Assembly (NCBI GenBank): GCA_021782105.1
Contig: JAJXVO010000001.1
Location: forward strand, 1 to 45,013
Length of the DNA stretch: 45,013 nt
Direction: 5' to 3'
Source: a bacterium
Lineage (GTDB): Bacteria > Verrucomicrobiota > Verrucomicrobiia > Opitutales > Opitutaceae
The stretch's first letter is position 1, and each line of letters opens with the position of its first letter. Of the stretch, positions 26,882-37,400 are shown piece after piece. Under the pieces are notes generated by a model, which did no database searches, was not told the DNA's origin, and saw only the letters and a list, made by a program, of their open reading frames with translations. The position numbers and the translations under genes are program-made.

Positions 26882-28177
26882 TCACTCGCAGCGGATCGCC
26901 ACCGAGCGGCCATGGGCGTCGAGCTGCTCCATCCCCGCAAAGGCGGCGACGATGGGCGCCGCCTTTTTCACGCTGGGCCTGTCGTACCGGATCAGACTGG
27001 TCCTGCGCATGAAATCGGCGACCCTCAGCCCGCTGAAAAACCGTCCCGTGCGGCCCGTCGGGAGCACGTGGCTGGGCCCCGCCACGAAATCACCCAGGGC
27101 GGTCGGCGTGAAATTTCCCACCATGATGGCGCCCGCAGTCGTGATCTCGGAGAGCATCGTCTTGACGGACGAATCCTTGACCAGGAGTTCCAGATGCTCC
27201 GGCGCGACATAGTTTGCAATCTCGGCCGCACGGGACAGCGAAGGCACCTCGATGGAAAGGAAACCATGTTGGAGGGCATGCTTGAGCGGCTCGCCGCGCT
27301 TCAGTGTCTTGAGCTGGGCGAGGACCTCCTTGTGGATCTCGTCGATCATGGCCCGCGAGGTGCTCACCAGGTAGATCTTCTCTTTCCCGGAGCCGTGTTC
27401 CGCCTGGGCCAGCAGGTCCGCGGCGGCAAAGTCGGCGCGCGCCGTGTCGTCGGCGACGATCATGACTTCGCTGGGGCCCGGAAGGCCGGCCACGCCGGCA
27501 GTTCCAAACACCTGGCGCATGGCCTCGCAGACGTAGGCGTTGCTCGGTCCGTAGATCTTGTCGACGGCCGGGATCGTCATCGTTCCGTAGGCCATCGCGC
27601 CGACGCCGTACACGCCCCCGACCCGGTACACCTCGTCCACACCACAAAAGTGGAACGTGGCGAGCAGGATGTCGGCGACCCGTCCATTGGAATCGCAGGG
27701 AGTGAAAACAGCGATCTCGGGAACCCCGGCGATCTTGGCGAGTGTCGTCGTCATGACGGCGGTCGAAGGCAGCGGCACCTGGCCGCGCGGGACGTTGATG
27801 CCCACGCGACGCAGCGGAAAATGGAGTTCCCCAACCTCGGCGCCATGGGGGTTCTTTCCAGTCCAGTTTTTCGGAAGGCTCTTCTCGTGGAAGGAGCGGA
27901 CGCTTTCGATGGACGCCAGGATGGCCTTCTTGTCGCCGGGCGCCACGCGCTTGGCAGCTGCGACGATGTCTTCCGTCTTCACGCGGAAATTGCGGGGAGC
28001 GAGTTTGGCGCCGTCGAACTTGGCAGCGTAGTAGGCGATGGCGGCGTCGCCCCGCTCGCGCACGTCGGCCAGAATCGCGGCGACCGAATCGGTCATTTCC
28101 TTGGGCGCAAGCGCGCCGCGGCAGAAGGCTGCAAGATCGTCGTGAAAGGTCTTGGAGGAAGCGCTGAGAATTCGCAT
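26882..28177 (-). CDS. hisD: Histidinol dehydrogenase
   Basis: Motifs are VPLPSTAVMTTTLAKIAGV, GGVYGVGAMAYGT, IYGPSNAYV, AEHGSGKE and GDFVAGPSHVLPTGRTGRFFSGL. Confidence 0.95.
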   Translation of the reverse strand: MRILSASSKTFHDDLAAFCRGALAPKEMTDSVAAILADVRERGDAAIAYYAAKFDGAKLAPRNFRVKTEDIVAAAKRVAPGDKKAILASIESVRSFHEKSLPKNWTGKNPHGAEVGELHFPLRRVGINVPRGQVPLPSTAVMTTTLAKIAGVPEIAVFTPCDSNGRVADILLATFHFCGVDEVYRVGGVYGVGAMAYGTMTIPAVDKIYGPSNAYVCEAMRQVFGTAGVAGLPGPSEVMIVADDTARADFAAADLLAQAEHGSGKEKIYLVSTSRAMIDEIHKEVLAQLKTLKRGEPLKHALQHGFLSIEVPSLSRAAEIANYVAPEHLELLVKDSSVKTMLSEITTAGAIMVGNFTPTALGDFVAGPSHVLPTGRTGRFFSGLRVADFMRRTSLIRYDRPSVKKAAPIVAAFAGMEQLDAHGRSVAIRCE

Positions 28178-28224
28178 CGGGAAACTGGAGAGGCGGGGGG
28201 CGGGATAGGACGGCCGGGGCGCGT

Positions 28225-28974
28225 TCAGTCGAAGGTCGGGAGCGGCACGCTGAAGAGGCTCTCGGGCATCTCCTCGTTCAGGGTAACCTTGTCGAACTCC
28301 ACGGTCATCTTGTAGGTGCCGCCGCCCGGCTTGGGCGAGGTGGTCACGATCCGTTTTGCGAAACGCACGCCGTCGACCAGGATCTCCCCCTCTTCGACGA
28401 TCACGTCGCCGAAAGCGGTCTCGGTGCGCAACAGCTGGCCGGTGTCCACGTCGAAGAAGCGGTCAAAATAGATCCCCGGACCGTAGCTGAACCTCAATTT
28501 CACCGCGTTTTTTCCGTCGACCACGGTCCTGCCCAGGTCGTCGATGTCGGAGGGATCGGTGACGCCACGAAAAAAATACAGGTTTTCAAAGGTATTGGCG
28601 CGCAGCCGCAGGATCTGATCCTTGCCCAGGATCGCCAGCGTACGATGCCTCAGATCCTTGGAGTCCGAGATCCGCTGCCAGGCATCATAATCGTCGAGCG
28701 CCGTCACCTCGATCTGCTTGTCGCCCGTGGTGACCACGCGCTGGCAACAGGGCTTCTTGAACATGATATCCAGCGCGGCCTTAGCGCCGTCATCGGTGGT
28801 CAGATGTCCGCTGAAATGAATGGATTTGATCGACTCGAGCGTGGCCTCCGGCCCGACGAACGCTCGCGCCTTGGCAATGATCGCGAGGTCGAAGGGCGTC
28901 GCGTCAGCCTTGGCCAAGTTCGGAACACCCACGACAGCGGCGACGAAAAGGACGCAGAGGAGTTTGAGGCGCAT
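28225..28974 (-). CDS. Secreted hypothetical protein, possibly with a LolA-like lipoprotein-sorting fold
   Basis: The signal peptide is MRLKLLCVLFVAAVVGVPNLAKA. The size (249 aa) and beta-rich sequence resemble outer-membrane lipoprotein-sorting (LolA-like) proteins. The family call is weak. It ends 47 nt upstream of hisD on the same strand. Confidence 0.5.
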   Translation of the reverse strand: MRLKLLCVLFVAAVVGVPNLAKADATPFDLAIIAKARAFVGPEATLESIKSIHFSGHLTTDDGAKAALDIMFKKPCCQRVVTTGDKQIEVTALDDYDAWQRISDSKDLRHRTLAILGKDQILRLRANTFENLYFFRGVTDPSDIDDLGRTVVDGKNAVKLRFSYGPGIYFDRFFDVDTGQLLRTETAFGDVIVEEGEILVDGVRFAKRIVTTSPKPGGGTYKMTVEFDKVTLNEEMPESLFSVPLPTFD

Positions 28975-29159
28975 GGCTTACACTACGGTTAGCGAGAAAG
29001 CTCCGGCGACCGCAACGGCAAAAGCAGGTTCCTGGCAAGAGCAACCCGATACAGGGCGACGCGGAGCAGGAACCGCGTTTTTCACTGTAAAAAAGCGCCT
29101 TACGGCAACCCAGGACCAGACCGATTTTCGTGCACAGACTGGGGCTGAACGCCGTGCGC

Positions 29160-30698
29160 TCACTCCCATTCGATCGTGGCGGGAGGCTTGGAACTGACGT
29201 CGAAGACGACGCGAGAGACCCCTCGCACCTCGTTGGTGATGCGGCCCGAGATCTTCTGGATCAGATCGTACGGGAGGCGGGTCCAGTCCGCCGTCATGGC
29301 GTCGGTGCTCTCAACCACGCGAATCGCGATCACGTAGGAATAATTGCGCTCGTCCCCAATGACGCCGACCGACTTCACCGGCAGGAACACACAGAACGAC
29401 TGCCAGACTTTGTAGTACCAGCCGCTTTCCATCATTTCCTCTTGGAGGATGGCATCGGCATTCCTGAGGATCTCGAGCTGGTCGCCGGAGATCGCTCCGA
29501 GCACGCGCACACCAAGACCCGGACCCGGGAAAGGCTGCCGCCAGACGACCTCCTTGGGCAGCCCCAGGGCCGTACCGACGCGGCGCACCTCGTCCTTGAA
29601 CAATTCGCGGAGCGGCTCCAGCAGCTTGAGCTTCATGCGCTCCGGCAGGCCTCCGACGTTGTGGTGAGACTTGATCAGCGCAGCTGGATTGTTTCCGATC
29701 GCCACACTCTCGATGACGTCCGGGTAGAGCGTGCCCTGGCCCAGAAAGTCGGCATGACCAACAGACTTGAGCGACTTTTCAAAAACCTCCACAAACGTGT
29801 TTCCGATGACCTTGCGCTTCTTTTCGGGATCGGCCACGCCCTTGAGGCGGCGGAGGAAAAGCTTCGAGGCGTCGACGACCCGAAGATCGATGCGGAAGTG
29901 TTTCGCGTAGAGCTTCTCGACGTAGTCGCGCTCGCCCTTGCGCAGGAGTCCGTTGTCGACAAAAACGCAGGTGAGCTGGCGTCCGATCGCCTTGTGGATG
30001 AGCGCCGCTGCGACAGAGGAGTCGACGCCACCCGAAAGTCCGAGGATGACACGCGATTTACCGACCGTGGCCCGGATCGTGTCGATCGAGTGCTGGATGA
30101 AGTCCTTGGTGGTCCAGTCCTGCTTCGCTCCGCATACGCCGACCAGAAAATTGCGGACGACCTCGACCCCGCGCTCGGTGTGAAAAACCTCGGGATGAAA
30201 CTGGATGCCGTAGAAGTTGCGTTTGATGTCCTCGATCGCGGCGAACTCGGAATTCTCGGTCGTCCCGATCGCACGAAAGCCGGGCGGGAGTTCGATGAGG
30301 CGGTCGCCATGCGAATTCCAGACGCGCAGGCTCTTCGGGAGGCCTGCGAATAGCCGGCCGGGTTTGCCGATCTTGAGTACCCCATGGCCATATTCGCGAT
30401 GGGTGCTGCGGGAGACTTTCCCGCCCAGCAGATGCCCCATCAGCTGGATTCCGTAGCAGATGCCGAGCACCGGCACGCCCAATTCGAAAAGCGCGGGATC
30501 CGGACGCGGTGCTCCTTTCGCAAACACCGAACTCGGCCCCCCCGAAAGGATCACTCCGATCACTCCGTCGGCCCTGAGCTGCTCCGCCTTGGTCGTGTGA
30601 TGATAGATCTTCGAGAAGACCTGACACTCGCGAATACGGCGCGCAATAACCTGAGTATACTGGGACCCGAAATCGATGACGGCAATGACCTGGGACAT
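29160..30698 (-). CDS. guaA: GMP synthase (glutamine-hydrolysing)
   Basis: The N-terminus reads [24 protein letters not shown]. Further motifs are [15 protein letters not shown], the ATP-pyrophosphatase P-loop [10 protein letters not shown], and the C-terminal PPATIEWE. The ATG is at the complement of 30696-30698. Confidence 0.95.
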   Translation of the reverse strand: MSQVIAVIDFGSQYTQVIARRIRECQVFSKIYHHTTKAEQLRADGVIGVILSGGPSSVFAKGAPRPDPALFELGVPVLGICYGIQLMGHLLGGKVSRSTHREYGHGVLKIGKPGRLFAGLPKSLRVWNSHGDRLIELPPGFRAIGTTENSEFAAIEDIKRNFYGIQFHPEVFHTERGVEVVRNFLVGVCGAKQDWTTKDFIQHSIDTIRATVGKSRVILGLSGGVDSSVAAALIHKAIGRQLTCVFVDNGLLRKGERDYVEKLYAKHFRIDLRVVDASKLFLRRLKGVADPEKKRKVIGNTFVEVFEKSLKSVGHADFLGQGTLYPDVIESVAIGNNPAALIKSHHNVGGLPERMKLKLLEPLRELFKDEVRRVGTALGLPKEVVWRQPFPGPGLGVRVLGAISGDQLEILRNADAILQEEMMESGWYYKVWQSFCVFLPVKSVGVIGDERNYSYVIAIRVVESTDAMTADWTRLPYDLIQKISGRITNEVRGVSRVVFDVSSKPPATIEWE

Positions 30699-30925
30699 GT
30701 GGTAACGAGTGGCGGGATCTGAGCCTGTAAAGGAGGGAAAAGGGTGACTGTGCGAGAGCCAGGCGTCCGGTGTCAATGCGGCAGACAGAGGGACCTCCCC
30801 TGAGCCGCACCCGCCGCAAGGCGCGAGTTTTCCCATCACCTGTTTTTCCTCATGACCACCGAAGCATCCTGCAAGGATGCACTTGCGAAACTATTACTCC
30901 AACTCTAGATTCTGGCCCGCAGCCA

Positions 30926-31753
30926 ATGACGACTCAAACTCCCGCCAGTCCGTACAAATCCACCGAAAAAGTTTATCATAGGCGCACTCTGTTCGGCCGA
31001 CTCTGGCGGCGCCCCTTGCTGTTGTCCTGCATTCTCCTGGTCTTCGTGGCGCTGGCCGGCCTCGCAACCCGCGATTACCTGGGCCTTCTCGGCGTATTGC
31101 CGCAGCAACGACGCGCCCGAGCCGCAGCGGCCGCGCTCGACACCCTCATCGCGCAACCCGAGTTCAACACCATCGTCGTGGCCCCGATCGAGCAAGAACT
31201 CGGCCGCTCCGTGCATTCGCTCACCGATGTCCAGGCGCTGCTGCTCCACATCCGCCGCGATCATCCTGTCGCAGCCGACTTTCGGATCGAATACCGGCGC
31301 CCCCCCACAGCCCCCTCGCAGATGATCGCGGCGTGGCGGGACGTCATCGACCGCCTCCATGCCGACGGTTTTAACGTCTACTCCTACCCCCAGCTCATGG
31401 CAAAAGGAGACCGGCTGCTGTGCAGCGCAATCACGCAGCGCATGCTCCGATTCGACGAACTCGTGAACCGGCTCGAGCAGGCTGAAATCGCGCAGCAGAC
31501 CGTGGGCTCCTCACCTCAGCAGATTACGGCGATCACCCGCGACCGACAGGCGCGGGCTGAAACACTGATCGCACTCCATGCGACGTTCACGCGCGGCACC
31601 AACCCGGCCAATTACGACTTGCCGTCGGGCCCACTCGACGACGCCCAGCGCGCCGTCGCCCGCGCCCTGCACATCACCCGCGGCGAGCTGGACATGCTGT
31701 TCTTCCTCAACCAGGCGACGATCGACATGATCAACGACGACTCCGGAGCCTGA
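30926..31753 (+). CDS. Single-pass membrane-anchored hypothetical protein (275 aa)
   Basis: MTTQTPASPYKSTEKVYHRRTLFGRLWRRPLLLSCILLVFVALAGLA contains one N-terminal transmembrane helix. The rest is a soluble domain of unknown family. The ATG is at 30926. Confidence 0.5.
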   Translation: MTTQTPASPYKSTEKVYHRRTLFGRLWRRPLLLSCILLVFVALAGLATRDYLGLLGVLPQQRRARAAAAALDTLIAQPEFNTIVVAPIEQELGRSVHSLTDVQALLLHIRRDHPVAADFRIEYRRPPTAPSQMIAAWRDVIDRLHADGFNVYSYPQLMAKGDRLLCSAITQRMLRFDELVNRLEQAEIAQQTVGSSPQQITAITRDRQARAETLIALHATFTRGTNPANYDLPSGPLDDAQRAVARALHITRGELDMLFFLNQATIDMINDDSGA

Positions 31754-31766
31754 GGCGGGATGCCGC

Positions 31767-32873
31767 TCAGCGTTTCCGAGCCACGACGGAGTTTGCACAG
31801 GCCAGCTCGACCTGCTTTTCGCCGGCGAGCTGCCGCACCCAGGGTTCGTCGAGATAGGACGCGGCGGGCGCCATGAGATCCGACACCCGCATGTCGAGAA
31901 AACGCCGGCGAGTCTCCTCGGGAAGACCGGCGGCATAGCTGTTGAGGAACCAGGTGAGCGTCCAAACGGGACTCCCGTAGTGCGGCACGAAGGCCCGCTC
32001 GATCGCGCAATCCGCGGCAAACAGGTTCTTCAGGCCCTCCATCGTCATGTTGTAATAGTGCGACGGATACCCGTGAAACGGCTGGAGAAAGGGAACGTCG
32101 GCGTAGATCAGGCCGCCCGGCCTGGTGACGCGCACGATCTCCCGCGCGGCGGCAAAGGGGTCCTTCAGGTGTTCGAGCACCGCGCACGACACCACCAGCG
32201 AGAACGTGTTGTCCAGAAACGGAAGGCGCTCCGCGACGGAGACCACGTCGGTGCTCGGGTAGGGAACGATCTCGAGATTGACCACGTTGGGCAGCGTCGA
32301 GGGCCGGTTGCCCGCACCGCAGTCGAGCACGAGGCCGTCGCCCACCCTGTCTATCTCCGCGCGCACAGAGGGCGCATACTCGAAGCCGGACACAGCATCA
32401 GTGTCGACCACATTGAACGCCTGGCGCGCCTCCTCGGTGAGGAAGTCAAAATGGAAGGCCGTCTCGCGGAAAGGCAGGTCGGTCCGGAGCCGCGGCCGGA
32501 TGCGTTCGAGCCTCGCAGCCTTGTCGGCAGGAACAGCCAGCGGCGGAAGCGGCTTGTCTGCGCTCACCGTCTCCGCCTCCGTCTCGCATTCGATCCTGAG
32601 GACGCCGTCGCACAGGTCCGCGGGACCAATGGCGCCGCGGAAGCCGCTGGAGTGCGCATAGGCCGCGTGCACGCGCCTCACATCGGGTCGGGGTTCCCAT
32701 TCGAGGGCAAGGGTGCCCCGCGGCGACAGCACCCGAACCGCGCGCAGCGCTCGCTCGCTCGCCACCCATCCGTACACGGTGAACCGTCCTGCAAGCGACT
32801 GCTGGGTCGGCGTGTCGACATGGATCAACGTGGGCAGGGACATCGGATGGCAAGGCAAGGCAAGACCGGCCAT
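31767..32873 (-). CDS. Class I SAM-dependent methyltransferase with an N-terminal module of about 100 aa of unknown family
   Basis: The C-terminal half has VLDCGAGNR (motif I), FSLVVSCAVLEHLKDP and VTRPGGLIYADVPF, a Methyltransf_11-like pattern. The start is ATG at 32873 or 32843 (MSLPTLIHVDTP). The track start at 32906 is TTG. Confidence 0.8.
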   Translation of the reverse strand: MAGLALPCHPMSLPTLIHVDTPTQQSLAGRFTVYGWVASERALRAVRVLSPRGTLALEWEPRPDVRRVHAAYAHSSGFRGAIGPADLCDGVLRIECETEAETVSADKPLPPLAVPADKAARLERIRPRLRTDLPFRETAFHFDFLTEEARQAFNVVDTDAVSGFEYAPSVRAEIDRVGDGLVLDCGAGNRPSTLPNVVNLEIVPYPSTDVVSVAERLPFLDNTFSLVVSCAVLEHLKDPFAAAREIVRVTRPGGLIYADVPFLQPFHGYPSHYYNMTMEGLKNLFAADCAIERAFVPHYGSPVWTLTWFLNSYAAGLPEETRRRFLDMRVSDLMAPAASYLDEPWVRQLAGEKQVELACANSVVARKR

Positions 32874-33024
32874 AGTGTAAAGGGGCAAGGGCCATCGGTT
32901 CCCCAATTTTCGATTGATCCCCCCCGCGGCCGACGCTCAATCGCCCCATGCCCGCACTCCGCTCCATCGACAACCAGACGCCCCTCGCAAAGCGCCGAGC
33001 TTCTGCGCGCGGGCGCCCCTCTTC

Positions 33025-34386
33025 ATGAGCGGTTTCGAGGAATTTTTCCGTCACTGGATCGACGCGCCCGTCGACCTCGCGCCGGCCTCGCGGCGCCTGA
33101 TCGTGCGCGGCTGGTGCTACGCACGCGCCGGCGCCGTCGTCGCCGTGCGCGCGCGCTGCGGCTGGCGCCACCACGCGGGACTCTACGGACTACGCCGCGA
33201 CGACGTGCGGGACGCGTTTATGGAGCCGGGCGCCGGGCGGTCGGGTTTCGAGATCGCGGTGCGCCTCCCGACGCTGGCGACCACCTGCGAGCTGCAGGCC
33301 CGTTGCGAGGACGGTGTCTGGCGCACATTCGCAGAACTTCCTTTCGCCGCGCCGCCGGCCGAGAGCCTGGCGGAGGTCCTGCGGCGCGGACGGTTCTGGA
33401 TTCTCGCCTGGATCGGTTCGTCGCAGGCCTGGGACCTCGTCTCCCCGAACGACCAGGAATTTCTCGTCTCGCGCACGACCTGCCTGGGCTGGCTCACCAT
33501 AGCTCGCTTCGAGCAGCACGAACCCCGGCCGCTCAGGCCCACTCCCCTTCCCGCGCCGCGGCTCGGCTCCGAACGACTTCCGAGGTTCGCGATCGTCACA
33601 CCCTCGTTCAACCAGGCCGCGTTCCTCACTCAGGCGATGGACAGCGTGCTATCGCAGACCGGCGTGCGGGTCGCGTACGCAGTGCAGGATGGCGGCTCAA
33701 CGGACGGAAGCGCGGACATCATCCGCAAGGAGGTGGCCAGGGGCGATCGTCCCCCAACGGCAAAGGTTGCCCACTGGGAGAGCGCGCCGGACGGCGGTCA
33801 AGCCGACGCGATCGCGCGCGGTTTCGAGCACCTTCCCGGGAGTCCCGATGACGTCATGGCGTATCTGAATTCCGATGACCGCTATGTACCCGGGGCACTG
33901 CGGTTCGTCGCCGGCTACTTCGCGAGCCACCCCAAAGTCGACGTCGTGTACGGTCACCGCATCCTGATCGACGAAGCCGACCGCGAGATCGGCCGCTGGA
34001 TCACGCCCCGGAGGCAATGCGACGACCTGCGCTACTTCGACATGGTGCCCCAGGAGACGCTGTTCTGGCGACGCAGGATCTGGGACCGCGTCGGCGGACT
34101 CGACCGGTCGCTTCACTTTGCCCTCGATTGGGATCTGCTCCAGCGTTTCGAGAAGGCGGGGGCGAAGTTTGCCCGCTTGCCGTGGTTCCTGGGCATGTTC
34201 CGCTGGCACGAGGCCCAGAAGACGCGAACTAAGATGGAGAAGAGTGGCGTCCCCGAATCAGAGACGCTGAGGCGGAACGCTCTCGGCAGGGTCGCAAGCC
34301 AGGAAGAATTCCAGTCGAGGATGCGCCACGTGCAGTTCGACAGTGCGCTAGTCCACGCCCTGCTCCGAAAGGGCCTCCGCGTATGA
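33025..34386 (+). CDS. Family 2 glycosyltransferase with an N-terminal module of about 110 aa of unknown family
   Basis: The GT-A core has PRFAIVTPSFNQAAFLTQAMDSVLSQT, AVQDGGSTDGS and YLNSDDRYVPGAL (DxD-type). The ATG at 33025 gives MSGFEEFFRHWIDAP. Confidence 0.8.
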   Translation: MSGFEEFFRHWIDAPVDLAPASRRLIVRGWCYARAGAVVAVRARCGWRHHAGLYGLRRDDVRDAFMEPGAGRSGFEIAVRLPTLATTCELQARCEDGVWRTFAELPFAAPPAESLAEVLRRGRFWILAWIGSSQAWDLVSPNDQEFLVSRTTCLGWLTIARFEQHEPRPLRPTPLPAPRLGSERLPRFAIVTPSFNQAAFLTQAMDSVLSQTGVRVAYAVQDGGSTDGSADIIRKEVARGDRPPTAKVAHWESAPDGGQADAIARGFEHLPGSPDDVMAYLNSDDRYVPGALRFVAGYFASHPKVDVVYGHRILIDEADREIGRWITPRRQCDDLRYFDMVPQETLFWRRRIWDRVGGLDRSLHFALDWDLLQRFEKAGAKFARLPWFLGMFRWHEAQKTRTKMEKSGVPESETLRRNALGRVASQEEFQSRMRHVQFDSALVHALLRKGLRV

Positions 34387-34447
34387 CCCAAGGGAAGTCC
34401 AATTATCCGATTTCCTTCGGAAGAGAAATGCCTTGCATTGCCTCTTC

Positions 34448-37400
34448 ATGATTCGCGCCTGCTTGGTCGTTCATCGGCTTTCCGCCCTCCGCGCTTCCGA
34501 ATCCGAAGCGTCCGGACCGTTTCCTACCTGGAGCTTTCTGTCGGCCTGTGCAGCCCCCGACTTCCAGTGGACCGTGCTTCATACCCAGCATGCCAAGCGC
34601 GAGGAACAGCTGGATTTGCAGGCCGCCTGCACACAGGCAGGCGCGGTCTATGCCCATATCGAGGACCATCCGCTGCCGGTCGAAGCACCGGTACACCCGG
34701 CCGTCGAGGCTCTGCGAATCGGCTGGCAACTCGTGTATGCGCTTGGGAACCTCGCCCCTGACCTCATTGTTTTTGGCGGCGATCCGTCCCATGCGGCGGA
34801 ACCGATTGCGGCAAGGCACGCGGCGTTGCCGCGGTTTGGTTGCGCGATCGTCGTGGCCATCGAAGCCCTGCGGAAACGTCGTAGACTTGAGAACGATGTG
34901 TTTCCCGAACTCGGACGCGAAGACCTGGCCACCGACTTTCTCGAACGCAAGACCCTTGCAGACGCAGATGGTGTGATCTTCCTCGACCCGAAAGACTCCG
35001 AATGGACGGGTTCCCAAGGCTGGGCGCTATCATCCGTCGCGGGCCCGATGAATGGAGATCTCAAGGCGCTTCTGCGGTCGGCGCTGGAAGCGGCACGCGC
35101 CGACCTCGTCCGTGCTCCGAAATTTCCCACCGTCGCCCTCTGCATACCCCACTTCGAACAGCCGGCGCAACTAATGGCGGCCCTCGAGGACCTCGTCGCG
35201 CAAACACGGATGCCCGACGAGTTGATCGTGGTGGACGACGGTTCCTGCAGCACCGAGGCGGTCGCGACCTTCGACGAGACGGCACGACGTTTCGCGAGGG
35301 AGGGCTGGCAGTTCCTGCGGCAGCAAAACGCCGGACCCGCAGCCGCGCGCAACTGGGCAGCCCGCGTGGCGCAAAGCGAGACACTCCTATTCTGCGACGC
35401 GGACAACCGTTACTGCCCCGACATGGTGGAAACCCTCGCACGGGCCTACGCGCGCACCGGCGCGATGGCGGTGACTTGCGCGTTTCACGCCCTCCGCCAA
35501 GGAGTCGATCCGTCGCTTGATCCCGGGTATTTCTTCGTGCCCCTAGGTTCCTGCATGGAAGCCGCGATGTTCGAGAACACGATCGCTGACACCAACACGC
35601 TCGTGAACCGTCAGGCATTCCTGGACGTCGGCGGCTTTCCCAGCGGAGGGATAGTCGAAGACTGGCGCTGCTACCTGAAAATGCTCGATCGCGGGCACCG
35701 ATTCGAAGTGGTCCCGAAAGCGCTGTTCGCCTACACCGTGGCCAAGTCCGGTCGAAATCGCCAACGCGGAGAGTTCCAGCCGGCGCTCGATGCCATCACA
35801 CCTTATTTGGAAGGGGCTCATCCCATCTGGAAACGGCTGTGGCCCTATGCCGCCGGAGCGATCCGGCATCCCCGGCTCACCCAACTTGAGGGCGTCCTCG
35901 CCGATCTCAGGGTTCGCAGCGAGCAGACGGTGGAGGAAGTCCGGCGCGAAGCCCGACACTTCTGGGCTGAAGCCGTGCTGGCGGAGGCCCAATGCAACGA
36001 GGTCCGCAAGCGCGAGCGGCACGCGCTCGGGCTGCTCGAGGGGAAAACTTCCACCGAGCGGGCCCGAATTCAGACTCTCGAAGCGGAACTCCAGCGGCTC
36101 CAGCAGGAACTGGAAAAAAACACGGCTATCCTACGGCAGCGTGAGGACAAACTGAAACGCCTGCAGTCGTCTGCATCCTGGTCGCTGACCGCCCCGCTGC
36201 GCGCGGCCAGACGCCTGGTAGTGGATCCGTTTGCCAGCGATCTGGGCGCCCACCCAGGCCATGCCGGGACGGCCTCCCAAGCGCCTTCCGCCTCGGCAAC
36301 AACAAAGTCCGCATCGGAGACGCCCACAGAGCCCACCTGCTACCACTATTTCATCGAGGCGCCGCATCATTGGAGGATCCGGGACGAACCCTTCGCGGTG
36401 CGTGGCTGGTGTTTCTATGAGGACGTCGATCGGACGATGGGAATCCGGGCTCGCGTCGGCGACCGGGTATTCGAAGGCGTCCACGGACTCGGGCGCCACG
36501 ACATCGCCGCTGTCATGCCGCAATGGCAACAGGCGGCGAACTCGGGTTTCAGGATCGAAGTCCTTCTGCACGGGAACGACCGCCGCCTCGACATCGAACT
36601 ACTCGACGGCAACGGACGCTGGCGTCGTTTCGTCGACATCGACCTGACGGCCGAGCCCACTGAGCCGCCAAAGGGAAGCTACGACCACTGGGTGGCTAAA
36701 TTCGATACCCTCACCGAGTCGCATCTCGCGGCGTTCAAGGCTCGCGCCGACCTCCTCGCCAGCGGCCCTCTGATCTCGGTGCTTTTGCCGGTCTTTAATA
36801 CCGATCCTCGCTGGCTGGAGCGGGCCCTTGCGTCAGTCCGCGCGCAGGCCTACCCGCGCTGGGAACTCTGCATCGCCGACGACGCGTCGACCGAACCCCG
36901 AATCCGCCCAATCCTCGAGGCCGCGGCCGCTCTGGATCTGCGTATACGCCTGTGCTTGCGCGAACGCAACGGTCACATCTGCGAGGCCACCAATTCCGCC
37001 CTCGAACTCGCCACCGGCGAACTGTGCGTGCTCTTCGACCACGACGACGAACTGCGCCCCCATTCGCTTCTGATGGTCGCGGAGGAATTCGCCGCCCACC
37101 CCGACGCCGAACTTGTCTATTCCGACGAAGACAAGATCGACGAACTCGGCCGACGTTTCGACCCACATTTCAAGCCCGACTGGAATCCCGACTTGCTCAG
37201 TAGCCAGAATTACGTCTGTCACCTCGCGGCTTTCCGCACGGCGACCCTCCGCGCGCTCGGCGGCATGCGCCCCGGTTTCGAGGGCAGCCAGGACTGGGAC
37301 CTGTTTTTGAGGCTTTCCGAACGGGTATCGGCTGATTCGATACGGCACATCCCGCGCATCCTCTACCACTGGCGTGCAGTGCCCGGATCGACCGCGGTCG

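Noticed and set aside
24390-28177. A truncated histidine operon: hisD-hisC-hisB-hisH without hisA, hisF, hisI, hisE or hisG, plus a 31-nt hisC/hisB overlap.
   Set aside because: Split his operons and overlapping his genes are common, and the missing genes are most likely elsewhere in the genome. Nothing in the sequence suggests decay.
29074-29098. An A/T-rich imperfect palindrome (cgcgtttttcactgtaaaaaagcg) downstream of guaA, considered as a bidirectional terminator.
   Set aside because: The stem is mostly A-T with a mismatch and lacks a GC-rich base. It is too weak to call from sequence alone.
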